64,000 nucleotides of DNA from Nitrospirota bacterium (GTDB lineage: Bacteria; Nitrospirota; Nitrospiria; Nitrospirales; NS-4). The stretch covers positions 544,001-608,000 of the forward strand of contig CAWBGA010000017.1 in NCBI GenBank assembly GCA_963788195.1. Reading direction: 5' to 3'. Shown one piece after another: positions 1 to 9,558 of this stretch (the first letter of the stretch is position 1; every line of letters starts with the position of its first letter). The notes below the pieces were generated by a model that did not search any database, was not told the DNA's origin, and saw only the letters and a list, made by a program, of their open reading frames with translations. A program made the position numbers and the translations under genes.

Positions 1-154
1 CGATAAGAATCGGGAGCAAGCGATGACCCGGGCGGTCGCCGTCCGCCTTGGGAGGAGCTACACGCGCAGAACGTTGCTTCACACAAGGCATTCTAAACTG
101 GGCTCTCCGGCAGGTCAATGAAACGGTGAATGACAATCAGGCGGGAGCGGACTC

Positions 155-541
155 CTAAGGCGTCAAGGAGCTCGCTTTCTCAACATACTTGATTCGAAGT
201 GTGTACAACATTTCCTGTAGCAAGGTTTCTTCTTCTGGCGTCAAATTACCCTTGGTCTTGGTCTCTAGAATGCTCAGGACGTCGATGATCTCCTGGGCAT
301 GAGCCAGACTCTGAGGAGAGCCTGAGCCTTCCTGTTTGGGACCTTCACCAAGTAGCATGAGAGCGGAAGTTCCCAGTGAATACACGAAAGACACGAAACT
401 TGGCGGCAGCCGTTCCTCGGCGTGAGTCTTTTGCGCTCGTTCAGCCGTGGGTTCTTCCGAAGTCGATGCAGGCGCCTCTGAGGTCTCGCTGCCTCGTCCC
501 CGTCGATCCCTGATGACGAAGCCTTTTTCCTCCTCCGCCAT
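155..541 (-). CDS. DUF1844 domain protein
   Basis: MAEEEKGFVIRDRR start; F..FV.SL..SAL..LG and IIDVLSILETKTKGNLTPEEE match the DUF1844 signature. Confidence 0.85.
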   Translation of the reverse strand: MAEEEKGFVIRDRRGRGSETSEAPASTSEEPTAERAQKTHAEERLPPSFVSFVYSLGTSALMLLGEGPKQEGSGSPQSLAHAQEIIDVLSILETKTKGNLTPEEETLLQEMLYTLRIKYVEKASSLTP

Positions 542-543
542 GA

Positions 544-730
544 CACCCGCCCTCCCCGAGGCCGCCGAGACGGCCTCTTTTTCCCGGAGCACCCACCCTC
601 CCCGAAGTCTATTCGACCCCTTGCAACCGAAGGCAAGGGGTGCCCCGGACAGACTTCTTCACCCCTGACACCCGCCCTCCCCTGAAACCTGCCAAGACAG
701 ATTTCTTTGCCCCTGACACCCTCCAGACAG
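544..730 (+). repeat. Cluster of CACCCGCCC / GCCRAGAC hairpin repeats
   Basis: GAGGCC-GCCGAGAC-GGCCTC (558-577); GAAACCT-GCCAAGAC-AGATTTC (684-705); nested CCCCTTGC/GCAAGGGG hairpin shared with 11770-11825. Confidence 0.8.
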
Positions 731-831
731 AATGTTTCAAACTATCACACGACGAGAAACGACTCAATACGGCATGTTCCCTATTGCCGTAACCTACCAT
801 ACGTGGCGCCGCGACCGGGGTGTTCATTCAC

Positions 832-1233
832 TTAACGGACCGGACGCCCGAACTCCAGACCCTGACGTCGCTGCGACGCATCACGCGGATGATCCGCGCT
901 GTAGATCTGCACTGCCGGTCCGATCTGCGTGCCATCTCCGATCACCACCTCGACCACATCGAGAATAACGCAATTGAAGTTGAGGAAGACATTTGAACCT
1001 ATACGGATGTTAAAGCCGTAATCGCAATGAAAGGGCGGTCGGATGACACTGCCTTCCCCGACTTCGGCGAGTCGCTCCGCTAAAAGTCGCCGCCGCTCAA
1101 CGGCCGACATGCCGAGTGATGCGTTATAGCGAACCAGCCAAGCGTGTGTCACTGCCTGATCGGCTTGAAGTCCCGCTTCCCCCGGATGATAAAGCTCACC
1201 CGCCTGCATCTTCTGTTTTTCCGTCCGTGACAT
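832..1233 (-). pseudogene. maa: C-terminally truncated sugar (maltose-type) O-acetyltransferase
   Basis: EKQKMQAGELY, PPFHCDYGFNI and NFNCVILD motifs; stops at FGRPVR without the usual final hexapeptide repeats. Confidence 0.75.
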
Positions 1234-1263
1234 GCGCTCCGGATTCTCTCTTTTCCCCTGGCT

Positions 1264-1292
1264 TTCACAATCACGTTTCTTTCTCCTATAAT
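1264..1292 (+). promoter_or_regulatory. sigma70 promoter of mazG (probably leaderless transcript)
   Basis: TTCACA-N17-TATAAT, with ATG 7 nt downstream at 1300. Confidence 0.6.
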
Positions 1293-1299
1293 GGCAACG

Positions 1300-2142
1300 A
1301 TGTCGGAGCGATTTGACGAAGTCGTAGCGATAATGACGCGCCTGCGCGGGAACGACGGGTGCCCTTGGGATCGCAAACAAACGCGCGAGACATTGAAGCC
1401 GTTTCTCATTGAGGAAGCCTACGAGGTGCTCGAGACTATCGATGCACAGGACGACCGCAAACTGAAGGAAGAACTGGGGGATGTTCTACTTCAGATTCTC
1501 TTTCACGCTGAAATCGGCCGGGAGCGCAAAACCTTCACCATGGACGACGTTCTTCAAACTCTGGCGGAGAAACTGATCCGTCGCCACCCGCATGTATTCG
1601 GTGAAACGTCAACGGACGCTGCTCCCAGCGCCGAGGAAGTCCTCGCTCGCTGGGAAGAGATCAAGAGCCAGGAAAAGGTCGAGGAGTCAGGGACCAAGGC
1701 TGCCTCTGCTCTCGATGGCGTACCGAAGGTCCTCCCCGCGCTACTGCGGGCCTATCAATTACAACTACGGGCCGCTCGCGTGGGTTTCGATTGGCCGGAA
1801 GGCGAGGCAGGCTATCGGCAGATTCTCGAGAAGATCCATGAGGAGCTGCAGGAAGTGGAGGCCGCTCGCCCCGCAGTCCTGTCCGGGTCTGATCCTTCCT
1901 TGCGGCGCCTTGAGGATGAAGTCGGGGATCTGCTGTTTGCCGTCGTCAACCTCGCGCGCCACCTTAAAGTAAACCCTGAAGAAGCGCTCCGCACAACGAC
2001 GAACCGATTCGCGGCACGATTTAAACATATGGAGGCGGCCGCGAAAGAGCAGGATCGCCAATTGTCAGACCTGACCTTGAAGGAACAAGACACCCTCTGG
2101 GAAGCAGCCAAGACAGCCGAGCGCCAAGGTTCTGAACGATGA
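1300..2142 (+). CDS. mazG: Nucleoside triphosphate pyrophosphohydrolase MazG
   Basis: GCPWDRKQT, EEAYEV, EELGD, RRHPHVF; second MazG domain with GFDW and EVGDLLF. Confidence 0.95.
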   Translation: MSERFDEVVAIMTRLRGNDGCPWDRKQTRETLKPFLIEEAYEVLETIDAQDDRKLKEELGDVLLQILFHAEIGRERKTFTMDDVLQTLAEKLIRRHPHVFGETSTDAAPSAEEVLARWEEIKSQEKVEESGTKAASALDGVPKVLPALLRAYQLQLRAARVGFDWPEGEAGYRQILEKIHEELQEVEAARPAVLSGSDPSLRRLEDEVGDLLFAVVNLARHLKVNPEEALRTTTNRFAARFKHMEAAAKEQDRQLSDLTLKEQDTLWEAAKTAERQGSER

Positions 2143-2783
2143 CGAATGACCCCGATACCCATGGGTATCGAGCCCCCGGAGGTCCCGCCCCCGATCAACC
2201 GACAGGTGGCCACCCGATCAAGGCGGTCATCGGCGGCATCGTCGTTCTCTGGCTGGTTCTTTGGGTCGTCATTCCCAATCCCAAGGATCAGCCGGTGGAC
2301 CCCAGAACCGGCATGACCGAGAGAACGCCTGGAATGACCTCAGGTACCTCCAATGTCCCCCATGTCACCTCACGGGCTGCCGCTGTCCTGCCGGAATTTA
2401 ACGCCGCTGCGGTGTTGGTCCCGCCCGATACGACCAACGAGCAGGTGGCACATCTGCTACAGCGGTTCAAACGTGCCCGAATTGATGAGACACTGGTGCA
2501 GTACGTGCCGCCGACGAGCAAGGGTGATCGGCTTGGACCCCATGCGATCGCTGATATATACGTCTTCTCTGAGAGCGAATGGGCCACTCCCGAGGCGCTG
2601 CGGGCTCTGGCAAAAGGCCCGCACAGCAAGGATGGTGGGCTTGGTTTCCACGACGTCGTCCGGCATGTCCGAGGATACTACGCCATCAACCTGCATGAGC
2701 CGGAGAATCGGGATCGTGGGTCGCTAGGATACGCGGACGAGGACGGCTCGACCTACGGGACTGCCTACACGGAACTATTTTAG
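2139..2783 (+). CDS. Membrane-anchored hypothetical protein
   Basis: 214 aa ORF, ATGA overlap with mazG, one N-terminal TM helix. Confidence 0.7.
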   Translation: MTNDPDTHGYRAPGGPAPDQPTGGHPIKAVIGGIVVLWLVLWVVIPNPKDQPVDPRTGMTERTPGMTSGTSNVPHVTSRAAAVLPEFNAAAVLVPPDTTNEQVAHLLQRFKRARIDETLVQYVPPTSKGDRLGPHAIADIYVFSESEWATPEALRALAKGPHSKDGGLGFHDVVRHVRGYYAINLHEPENRDRGSLGYADEDGSTYGTAYTELF

Positions 2784-2843
2784 AGAGCCGGCTCAAACCG
2801 TAAAGCAACCAGCCTATCATTTCAGCGGAGGAAAATGCCTGAG

Positions 2844-4568
2844 CTAGACTTGAAATTGTGCGTCATAGAGGGCGCGGTAGACACCGCTATGGGCGAGCAA
2901 TACCTCATGACTCCCTTTCTCGACCAGACAGCCGCTGTCTAGGACAAAGATCCGGTCCACGTTGCGGAGCGTCGAGAGCCGATGCGCGATGATAAAGGTC
3001 GTGCGCCCTCGCGTGAGCTCTTCCAATGCTTCCCGTATCTTGACCTCAGTCTCCGTGTCGATGTTGGAGGTCGCCTCGTCGAAGATAATGATCGGGGGAT
3101 CTTTTAGTAGCACCCGCGCGATCGACAGCCGCTGCTTCTGACCGACGGACAGCTTCACACCGCGTTCCCCGATCCACGTGTCGTATTTCTCCGGCAGTTC
3201 GGCAATGAACTCATGCGCGCGGGCGATCCGCGCGACCTCTTCGATCTCGGCCTGGCCGGCGGACAGATTTCCATACGCAATGTTTTCTTTGACGGTGCCG
3301 TTAAATAGAAAGGGCTCTTGTTGTACCAGCCCAATCTGTTCACGCAAGTAGGCGAGGGGGTACGCCCTCAAGTCCCTCCCATCAAGAAGAATCGCGCCTC
3401 CCGTCACGTCGTAAAACCGCATCAGCAGCTTGATCAGCGTACTTTTGCCCGCGCCCGATGGCCCGACCAAGGCGATCCGTTCGCCGGCTTTTACGTCAAA
3501 GTCGATCCCCTTTAGCACCGGAATGTCTGCGCGATAGTGGAAACGCAGGGCCCTGGCGGCGATCTCACCGCCAACCTTGTTGACGGGCCGGAGAAGACCC
3601 GGCCGGTCCACTACCTCCGGCTTCGTATCCAAGACTTCAAACACACGTTCCCCGGCGGCGAGCGCGTGCTGCAGCATATGGTTCACGGAATGAATCTGAT
3701 TGATCGGCACATAAAAGAGGGCAAGGTACCCCAGGAACGCGACCAGTTCCCCGACTGTTAAATTTCCGTTCAGGACTTCATTCGTGCCGTACCACAAGAT
3801 GATGACGCTGCCCAAGCTGCCGACAAAGATCATGGAGGGTGAGTACATGGACCAGAGTGTCATGACTCGCAGGTTGCTGTCCGCATACGCCTTGCTGCGC
3901 TGGTTGAAGCGTCCCTGCTCATAGGATTCACGATTGAACCCGATGATTTCTCGAATGCCGGAGAGCGCGTCCTGCAGATACGCGTTCAATTCGGCGGATC
4001 CCTCGCGGACCGCGCGATAAAATCCATGCACCTTTCCGGTGAAGTACGACGCGCAATAGACAAGTACGGGAATCGGTAAAAGTGACAGGGCGGCGAGTTT
4101 CCAATTGAGCGAAAAAAGAATGATCGAGATTCCGATCAGGGTGAGCGAAGACATCAACAAGGATTCGAGTCCGTCGATGAAGATCTTCTCGACGTGCTCC
4201 ACGTCGTTGTTAATGCGGCTCATGATCTCCCCGGTGGAGCGATTCTCAAAGTAGCTGATGGAAAGGTGCTGCAACGCGGCGAAGACCTCGCTTCGCAGAT
4301 CGTAGATAACCTGCTGCTCAAGCGTATTGTTAAAGCGGATGCGAAGCGAGGCAGCGATATTCTTGCCGGCATGCGCGAGGAGAAGGGCTGCGATCAGCGA
4401 AGGCAAGAGAGAAATTTGATTCTTTCCAATGACGTCGTCGATGACGAGCTTGACCAACCACGGCGGCAAGAGCTCCAGCGCGGCGGCGGCGCTGGCGGCC
4501 GTAAAGGTGAGTGCCACCAACCCCCAATACGGTCGGATATAGCGGAGAACGCGAAAGAGGGATTTCAA
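2844..4568 (-). CDS. ABC exporter, fused permease and ATPase (MsbA/MdlB-like)
   Basis: TM domain, Walker A GPSGAGKS, LSVGQKQR, DEATS, IAHRLST. Confidence 0.95.
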   Translation of the reverse strand: MKSLFRVLRYIRPYWGLVALTFTAASAAAALELLPPWLVKLVIDDVIGKNQISLLPSLIAALLLAHAGKNIAASLRIRFNNTLEQQVIYDLRSEVFAALQHLSISYFENRSTGEIMSRINNDVEHVEKIFIDGLESLLMSSLTLIGISIILFSLNWKLAALSLLPIPVLVYCASYFTGKVHGFYRAVREGSAELNAYLQDALSGIREIIGFNRESYEQGRFNQRSKAYADSNLRVMTLWSMYSPSMIFVGSLGSVIILWYGTNEVLNGNLTVGELVAFLGYLALFYVPINQIHSVNHMLQHALAAGERVFEVLDTKPEVVDRPGLLRPVNKVGGEIAARALRFHYRADIPVLKGIDFDVKAGERIALVGPSGAGKSTLIKLLMRFYDVTGGAILLDGRDLRAYPLAYLREQIGLVQQEPFLFNGTVKENIAYGNLSAGQAEIEEVARIARAHEFIAELPEKYDTWIGERGVKLSVGQKQRLSIARVLLKDPPIIIFDEATSNIDTETEVKIREALEELTRGRTTFIIAHRLSTLRNVDRIFVLDSGCLVEKGSHEVLLAHSGVYRALYDAQFQV

Positions 4569-5095
4569 ATGACCTCAGCATGCTCGGTGCGCCAGTACCG
4601 GTCAAACTCTTCGAGCTGCGTGAGTGTGGACAAATCGGTCATGCGGTCCAGGAACACCCGGCCTTGCAAGTGATCTAATTCATGTTGAATACAAATCGCA
4701 TAGAGGCCTGACGCATCGAACTCGACGGACCTCCCCGTCCGGTCGAGAAATCTCACCCGGACCCCGATGGCCCGTTTTACTCGCCCCCGCAATCCGTCGA
4801 CGCTCAAACAACCCTCCCAGCCCTCGGCCGTGACGGGGGAATACCCGACGATCTGGGGGTTGATGAGGATCGTCAAAGGAAATCCGGGATCGCCCTTGCA
4901 CTCCATCACGACAACCTGCTCAGACTGGAACACCTGAGGCGCTGCAAGACCGATTCCATCGGCGGCGACCATGGTCTCAAGCATATCGTCGATCAGCTGT
5001 TGGAAGTGGCGTTGCCCGATCTTATCCGGCGAGACCGCTTGCGCAACTTGCCGAAGCACGGGCGCACCTAACTTTGCAATAGTAAGAACCGCCAT
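4565..5095 (-). CDS. def: Peptide deformylase
   Basis: GIGLAAPQV, EGCLS, QHELDHL. Confidence 0.95.
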   Translation of the reverse strand: MAVLTIAKLGAPVLRQVAQAVSPDKIGQRHFQQLIDDMLETMVAADGIGLAAPQVFQSEQVVVMECKGDPGFPLTILINPQIVGYSPVTAEGWEGCLSVDGLRGRVKRAIGVRVRFLDRTGRSVEFDASGLYAICIQHELDHLQGRVFLDRMTDLSTLTQLEEFDRYWRTEHAEVI

Positions 5096-5165
5096 TCACG
5101 ACTCCTTACCGAATTCTACCTGTATTCGATCCATTTATCGTACCATACCGGGTGACTGACGACAA

Positions 5166-5906
5166 TCAGAAGCCGCGGCTTTGCGGCCTCTGAGCGGCCG
5201 CGTTGAACTTGTCGCGGTTCGCCTCCCACCATTGTGCCCATTCTTTTGACCAAGCCATCCGCTCCTCCTTGGTCGACTGCAGAAAATCCTGGCGTTCCAC
5301 CAGCCGTCCGGTAAATCCGTAGAGTGTTCGCAACGCCCCGTCGGCAACACTCGGCGCATCATCTCCTAACATCGTAATGAGCAATTCGATCACCGCGGTA
5401 TTTTTAATCTGCCGGCTCTCAGAGACCACGACATTGCGGATTGCCTCATCGCGGTCTCTCGCCATGGCCTCCAAAGCGGGTATCGCGTTCTCTGGGTCCA
5501 GCCGAATAGCCACGCGCAGCGCCTTTTCCCGAACGGCGGGAATCTCTCCCGGATTCGCCGCAGCGGCATTCAGCGCTGGGAGAGCGGACTTGTCTTTGAT
5601 CAGATATATCGCTTCAATGGCATTGAGCCGAACCCGTCGGCTCGGATGACTCAAAGCATTCACCAAAACCGGCACGGCGGGGGACCCAAGATGGACAAAC
5701 TCTCCGACGGCCCAGAATTCCTGGCGACCTTCCAGCAGTGGTATAAGCGCTTCCGCCCGCTCGGTTTCCTTCGTTTTCTCAGTAACTGCGACCTCGGCGG
5801 AGAATACCGGTTCGTAGATCCCCCCGAAGCTCAAAAGCATGGCGGTGAGACCCAGCAGGCGCGTACGTTGAAAGAGTCTATGGAGTCCATGATGATTTGG
5901 CAGCAT
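5166..5906 (-). CDS. Exported HEAT-repeat protein
   Basis: Signal-like N-terminus; PAVPVLVNALS...VRLNAIEAI type HEAT/PBS repeats. Confidence 0.75.
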   Translation of the reverse strand: MLPNHHGLHRLFQRTRLLGLTAMLLSFGGIYEPVFSAEVAVTEKTKETERAEALIPLLEGRQEFWAVGEFVHLGSPAVPVLVNALSHPSRRVRLNAIEAIYLIKDKSALPALNAAAANPGEIPAVREKALRVAIRLDPENAIPALEAMARDRDEAIRNVVVSESRQIKNTAVIELLITMLGDDAPSVADGALRTLYGFTGRLVERQDFLQSTKEERMAWSKEWAQWWEANRDKFNAAAQRPQSRGF

Positions 5907-5908
5907 AG

Positions 5909-6634
5909 TTATTTCTTCGGCAGCGAACCGGACTCGAACCCAAACGGGTGGCTCGAGCCTGTGGTTTCATCCATATTGGTATACCGCACTGTATCGAAAT
6001 ACGCAGGGTTCGCACCGCTCGCCCAGAGGCCGATCCTTCCTTTTTGATAGGTGCCGAATTCCCACTTCTCCTCACGACCCGATAGGAACTGCCTATTGTT
6101 GAAGATCGCTTCCATGAGGGGACCATGGATAATCAGCCGTAAAGTATGCCACTTGCCTGGATCCGCCGAATCCAGATTGAGGTCCTGAAGGTGCGTGACC
6201 TCGCCGTCGATCACCCTATCGAGCCGCAGACGCTTCTCATCCGGACTTATCCAAATCAGGTAGTAGTTGCGCTCGTCAATCGCTCGAAACACCACGCCGG
6301 CGCCCTGCTTCTCACCGCCAAGGGAATTTTTCACCCGAACCGTCAAGTCCAGACTTCCGACTTCCAATCCGTCGATAAAGATTATCTGCGCGTTCGCGGC
6401 GGGGCCTGATGCTTCCCTTGCCAGCACATTCGGCGGAGTGGGCGCTTTGGGATCTTCAACAACTCGCCACCGCCCCGCCTCACTATTGTTCTTGCCCGGC
6501 ACAAAATCGGCTGGCAGACTTCCCGGCGGATCGCTGTCGAACCTCCATTCCTGGATCTTGATCTCGGCGGAAAAAGCGGGCTCCGCTAGTACTACAATAG
6601 ACAGCACAGTCGCACATAGCAATTGCATCCACAC
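5909..6634 (-). CDS. Exported beta-sandwich protein (DUF1080/ConA-like)
   Basis: Signal peptide; AGVVFR...NYY, WHTLRL and GRIGLW motifs. Confidence 0.7.
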   Translation of the reverse strand: MWMQLLCATVLSIVVLAEPAFSAEIKIQEWRFDSDPPGSLPADFVPGKNNSEAGRWRVVEDPKAPTPPNVLAREASGPAANAQIIFIDGLEVGSLDLTVRVKNSLGGEKQGAGVVFRAIDERNYYLIWISPDEKRLRLDRVIDGEVTHLQDLNLDSADPGKWHTLRLIIHGPLMEAIFNNRQFLSGREEKWEFGTYQKGRIGLWASGANPAYFDTVRYTNMDETTGSSHPFGFESGSLPKK

Positions 6635-6671
6635 AGTTGATTCCCGTTCGTTAAATGTTAGTATACAAGAC

Positions 6672-7712
6672 TTACTTCACCTTCAGCTCGGTCCAGGCGC
6701 GGTCATAGAGTTTGATGGCCTCCCCCACGTCCTTGATCCACTCAAGCCGCGCAATGGTGGCCTCGGGGGGGTACATGACGGTATTAGTAGCCAATTCCTT
6801 TGGCAAGAATGTGCGTGCCGCCTCATTGGCACTGGCATACTTCACTTTCGTACTGATACGGGCCGCGACTTCCGGCTCGAGTAGATAGTTGATGAATGCC
6901 ATCGCCTCTGCCTTATGCGTAGAGGTTTTCAGAACACAGAAATTGTCCTGCCAAATAGTGCCGCCTTCTTTTGGAATAATAAATTGAATGGAAGGCTTCT
7001 CCGTAGCGGCCCGCAACACAGTCCCACTCCAACCGTGCGCCATCACGACCTCGGCGGAGATCAGCAACTGATCGTAGTTTTCGCTGGTATAGGTCTTGAC
7101 CAACGGCTTCTGTGCCATCAGGCGAGTCTTGGCCAGGGCCACGTCCGATGGATCAGTGGAGTTCATCGGCAGTCCTTGCAGTCGCAGCGCCATGGCGAAC
7201 ACTTCCCGCTCATCGTTCAGGAGACTGATCTTTCCCTTGAACTCGCCGCTGAAGAGCGCCTGCCAGCTGTCCGGAGGCGCACGCATCAGCTCCGCGTTGT
7301 AGCCGATGCCGGTGGTGCCCCAGAGGTACGGAACCGAATACCTATTCTCTGGATCGTAATAAAGTCCCTTGAGATGCTTGTAGACTTGAGCGAGGTTGGG
7401 AAGCTTTGACGGATCAATCTCCGCCAGTAAGCCCTGCTTAATCATGATCGACACCATGTAATCGGACGGCACCACAATGTCGTAGCCTGAGGCGCCTCCT
7501 TGCATTTTTGCCAACAGTTCCTCATTTGATCCAAAGGTGTCCGTGACAATTTTTATACCGAACTTCTTCTCGAACTCCCTTGCAGCCGTCTCCTCCGTAT
7601 AATCCGACCACGTAAAAAGATGCAGCGTCACCGGCCTGGCATCCTTCTTATCGCCCGGGGAAGGAGAGCAAGCCACGAGCACCGTGAGGAGCCCAAACAA
7701 AATGATCTGCAT
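6672..7712 (-). CDS. potD: Spermidine/putrescine ABC transporter substrate-binding lipoprotein
   Basis: Lipobox LVAC; FTWSDY, SNEELLAK, YDIVVPSDY, PYLWGTTGI. Confidence 0.9.
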   Translation of the reverse strand: MQIILFGLLTVLVACSPSPGDKKDARPVTLHLFTWSDYTEETAAREFEKKFGIKIVTDTFGSNEELLAKMQGGASGYDIVVPSDYMVSIMIKQGLLAEIDPSKLPNLAQVYKHLKGLYYDPENRYSVPYLWGTTGIGYNAELMRAPPDSWQALFSGEFKGKISLLNDEREVFAMALRLQGLPMNSTDPSDVALAKTRLMAQKPLVKTYTSENYDQLLISAEVVMAHGWSGTVLRAATEKPSIQFIIPKEGGTIWQDNFCVLKTSTHKAEAMAFINYLLEPEVAARISTKVKYASANEAARTFLPKELATNTVMYPPEATIARLEWIKDVGEAIKLYDRAWTELKVK

Positions 7713-7820
7713 ACATCTGTGCCTGCGATTACTGCTTGGCGCTGCCCTACAAGCCAGTGGCGCCCGTTCAGTTAGTGGATACAAGATTAAAGATTCCCCG
7801 CGAATACGCCGAAGAGGGGT

Positions 7821-8318
7821 ATGGACCTCCAGCACGACACCCCTCAGGCCAGTATACGGGAAGACGAGGAAGCGCCCAAGATTCAGCTGGGTCAATTGCT
7901 TCTGCAAAACGGGCTAATCAACGAAGTTCAACTTCTTCAGGGACTTCATTATCACAAAACACATGGAGTGCGATTGGGTGAAGCACTTCTCAAACTCGAA
8001 TTCATCACAGAAAGGGCGCTCAAGACGACGCTCGCCCATCAACTTCAGATCAAGATAATGCCGATTGATTATATCGACCTGATCCCACCAACCCTGACGG
8101 GATACATCCCAAAAGAGTTTGCCTGGAAGCATAAAGTGTGCACAATACGGAAAACAAATGAACAATTGGTCATTGTTATGGACGATCCCACTCAGGAGTC
8201 CGTGATCGCTTTGATTCAACACTCCACGAAAATGAAAGTCAGCGTCTGCACAGCACCTGAAGCCGTCATCCTTCAAGTATTACACCGCGTCTACGGCCCC
8301 CCTGAGCCCGACCTATAA
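7821..8318 (+). CDS. Stand-alone MshEN (GspE/PilB N-terminal) domain protein
   Basis: QLGQLLLQNGLI...RLGEALLKLEFI tandem motif and VIVMDDP; no ATPase domain. Confidence 0.8.
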   Translation: MDLQHDTPQASIREDEEAPKIQLGQLLLQNGLINEVQLLQGLHYHKTHGVRLGEALLKLEFITERALKTTLAHQLQIKIMPIDYIDLIPPTLTGYIPKEFAWKHKVCTIRKTNEQLVIVMDDPTQESVIALIQHSTKMKVSVCTAPEAVILQVLHRVYGPPEPDL

Positions 8319-8452
8319 ATCATAGATCCCTCCTCTTTTGACCAGTCACTAAATAGTTACTCAGCTGGCTTCAGCAAAAGGGGTCAGGCCCCGGCCCACA
8401 CACCACGGCGAGGGAATTTGCAAAGTGGGTGACGCAAGCGGAGGCCCTTCTT

Positions 8453-8540
8453 TGCACCCGCCCACCCCGGACGCTCTTGCACCCACCCGCCCCGAGGCTG
8501 CCAAGACAGCCTCTCGTCCCGAGGACGCGTCCCTTTCCAC
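8453..8540 (+). repeat. CACCCGCCC / GCCAAGAC hairpin repeat
   Basis: GAGGCT-GCCAAGAC-AGCCTC at 8494-8513, preceded by GCACCCRCCC twice. Confidence 0.75.
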
Positions 8541-8790
8541 ATTGGCCTGGAGCGCTTCGTGAAGCCGGTGGAGGTGCTTGGCGACAGGACCCACGGAGCA
8601 GATTCGCGAGACCACCCCTTTTGCTCACTCCTTCCCTAATGTGCGGGGAGTCCCTCTTGCGGGTGACAGCGATCCAAGCTGCGATGCGCGCGCGACTTGC
8701 CGGGCACCCGTTGCTCGGCAAATGCAACGGGTCGTGATGGCGGAGCGCCGCAGCAGCTGATCGCTGACAGGACCCGCTCTTATTCTTTGC

Positions 8791-9558
8791 TCATCTTCTC
8801 TGTATCCATGTTGCCAGTGCGACTAGCACCATAGAAACAACCACCAGCACCGCTGAGAGCGCATTCACCTCCGGCGTCACCGCGGTCTTCAGCATACCGT
8901 AGACCTTGACCGGCAGGGTCGTCGAGCCGACTCCGGCCAGAAAGAAGCTGATGATGAAATCATCCAGCGACAACGTGAAGGCCATCAGTGCCGCGCCGAT
9001 GATCCCGGGCATCAACAGCGGCAACGTGATGCGCCGAAAGGCATGCCACCGCGTCGCGCCCAGATCGAGCGCGGCTTCCTCCAAGCGTGGATCGAGTTTG
9101 CGCAACCGGGCGCGCACGATCAAGGCCACAACCGGAAAGCTGAAGATGGTATGCGCGATGATGATGGTCAAGAGCGAGAGCGACAGGCCAATCATCACGA
9201 AGAATAGAAGCATTGCCACCCCCATCATAATCTCAGGGATGACGATCGGCAGGAGCAATACGCTCTCAAAGGCCGCCTGCCCGCGAAATGAGCGTCCTTC
9301 TAAAGCCAGCGCGGTCAGCACACCCAATACAGTTGCCACGGTCGTTGAGACAGTCGCAACGATCAGGCTGTTCAGGGCGGACGAGAGCAGCGCCTCGTTG
9401 CTGAAAAGCTTCGCGTACCACTGAAGGGAAAACCCTTGCCACCGCGCTGACAGCCTGGAGTCATTGAATGAAAAAATAATCAAGATCACAATCGGGGTAT
9501 AAAGAAAGAGCAGATCTGCGAGGCTGGCGGCTGCGAGCCATGGTCGATTTCTCGTCAT
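8791..9558 (-). CDS. potC: Polyamine ABC permease
   Basis: EAA loop LEEAALDLGA; FTLSLDDF; ATGA overlap with potB. Confidence 0.9.
   Translation of the reverse strand: MTRNRPWLAAASLADLLFLYTPIVILIIFSFNDSRLSARWQGFSLQWYAKLFSNEALLSSALNSLIVATVSTTVATVLGVLTALALEGRSFRGQAAFESVLLLPIVIPEIMMGVAMLLFFVMIGLSLSLLTIIIAHTIFSFPVVALIVRARLRKLDPRLEEAALDLGATRWHAFRRITLPLLMPGIIGAALMAFTLSLDDFIISFFLAGVGSTTLPVKVYGMLKTAVTPEVNALSAVLVVVSMVLVALATWIQRR

Noticed and set aside
1..82. Possible start of a minus-strand gene running off the window
   Set aside because: Only about 27 codons are visible, too little to call.
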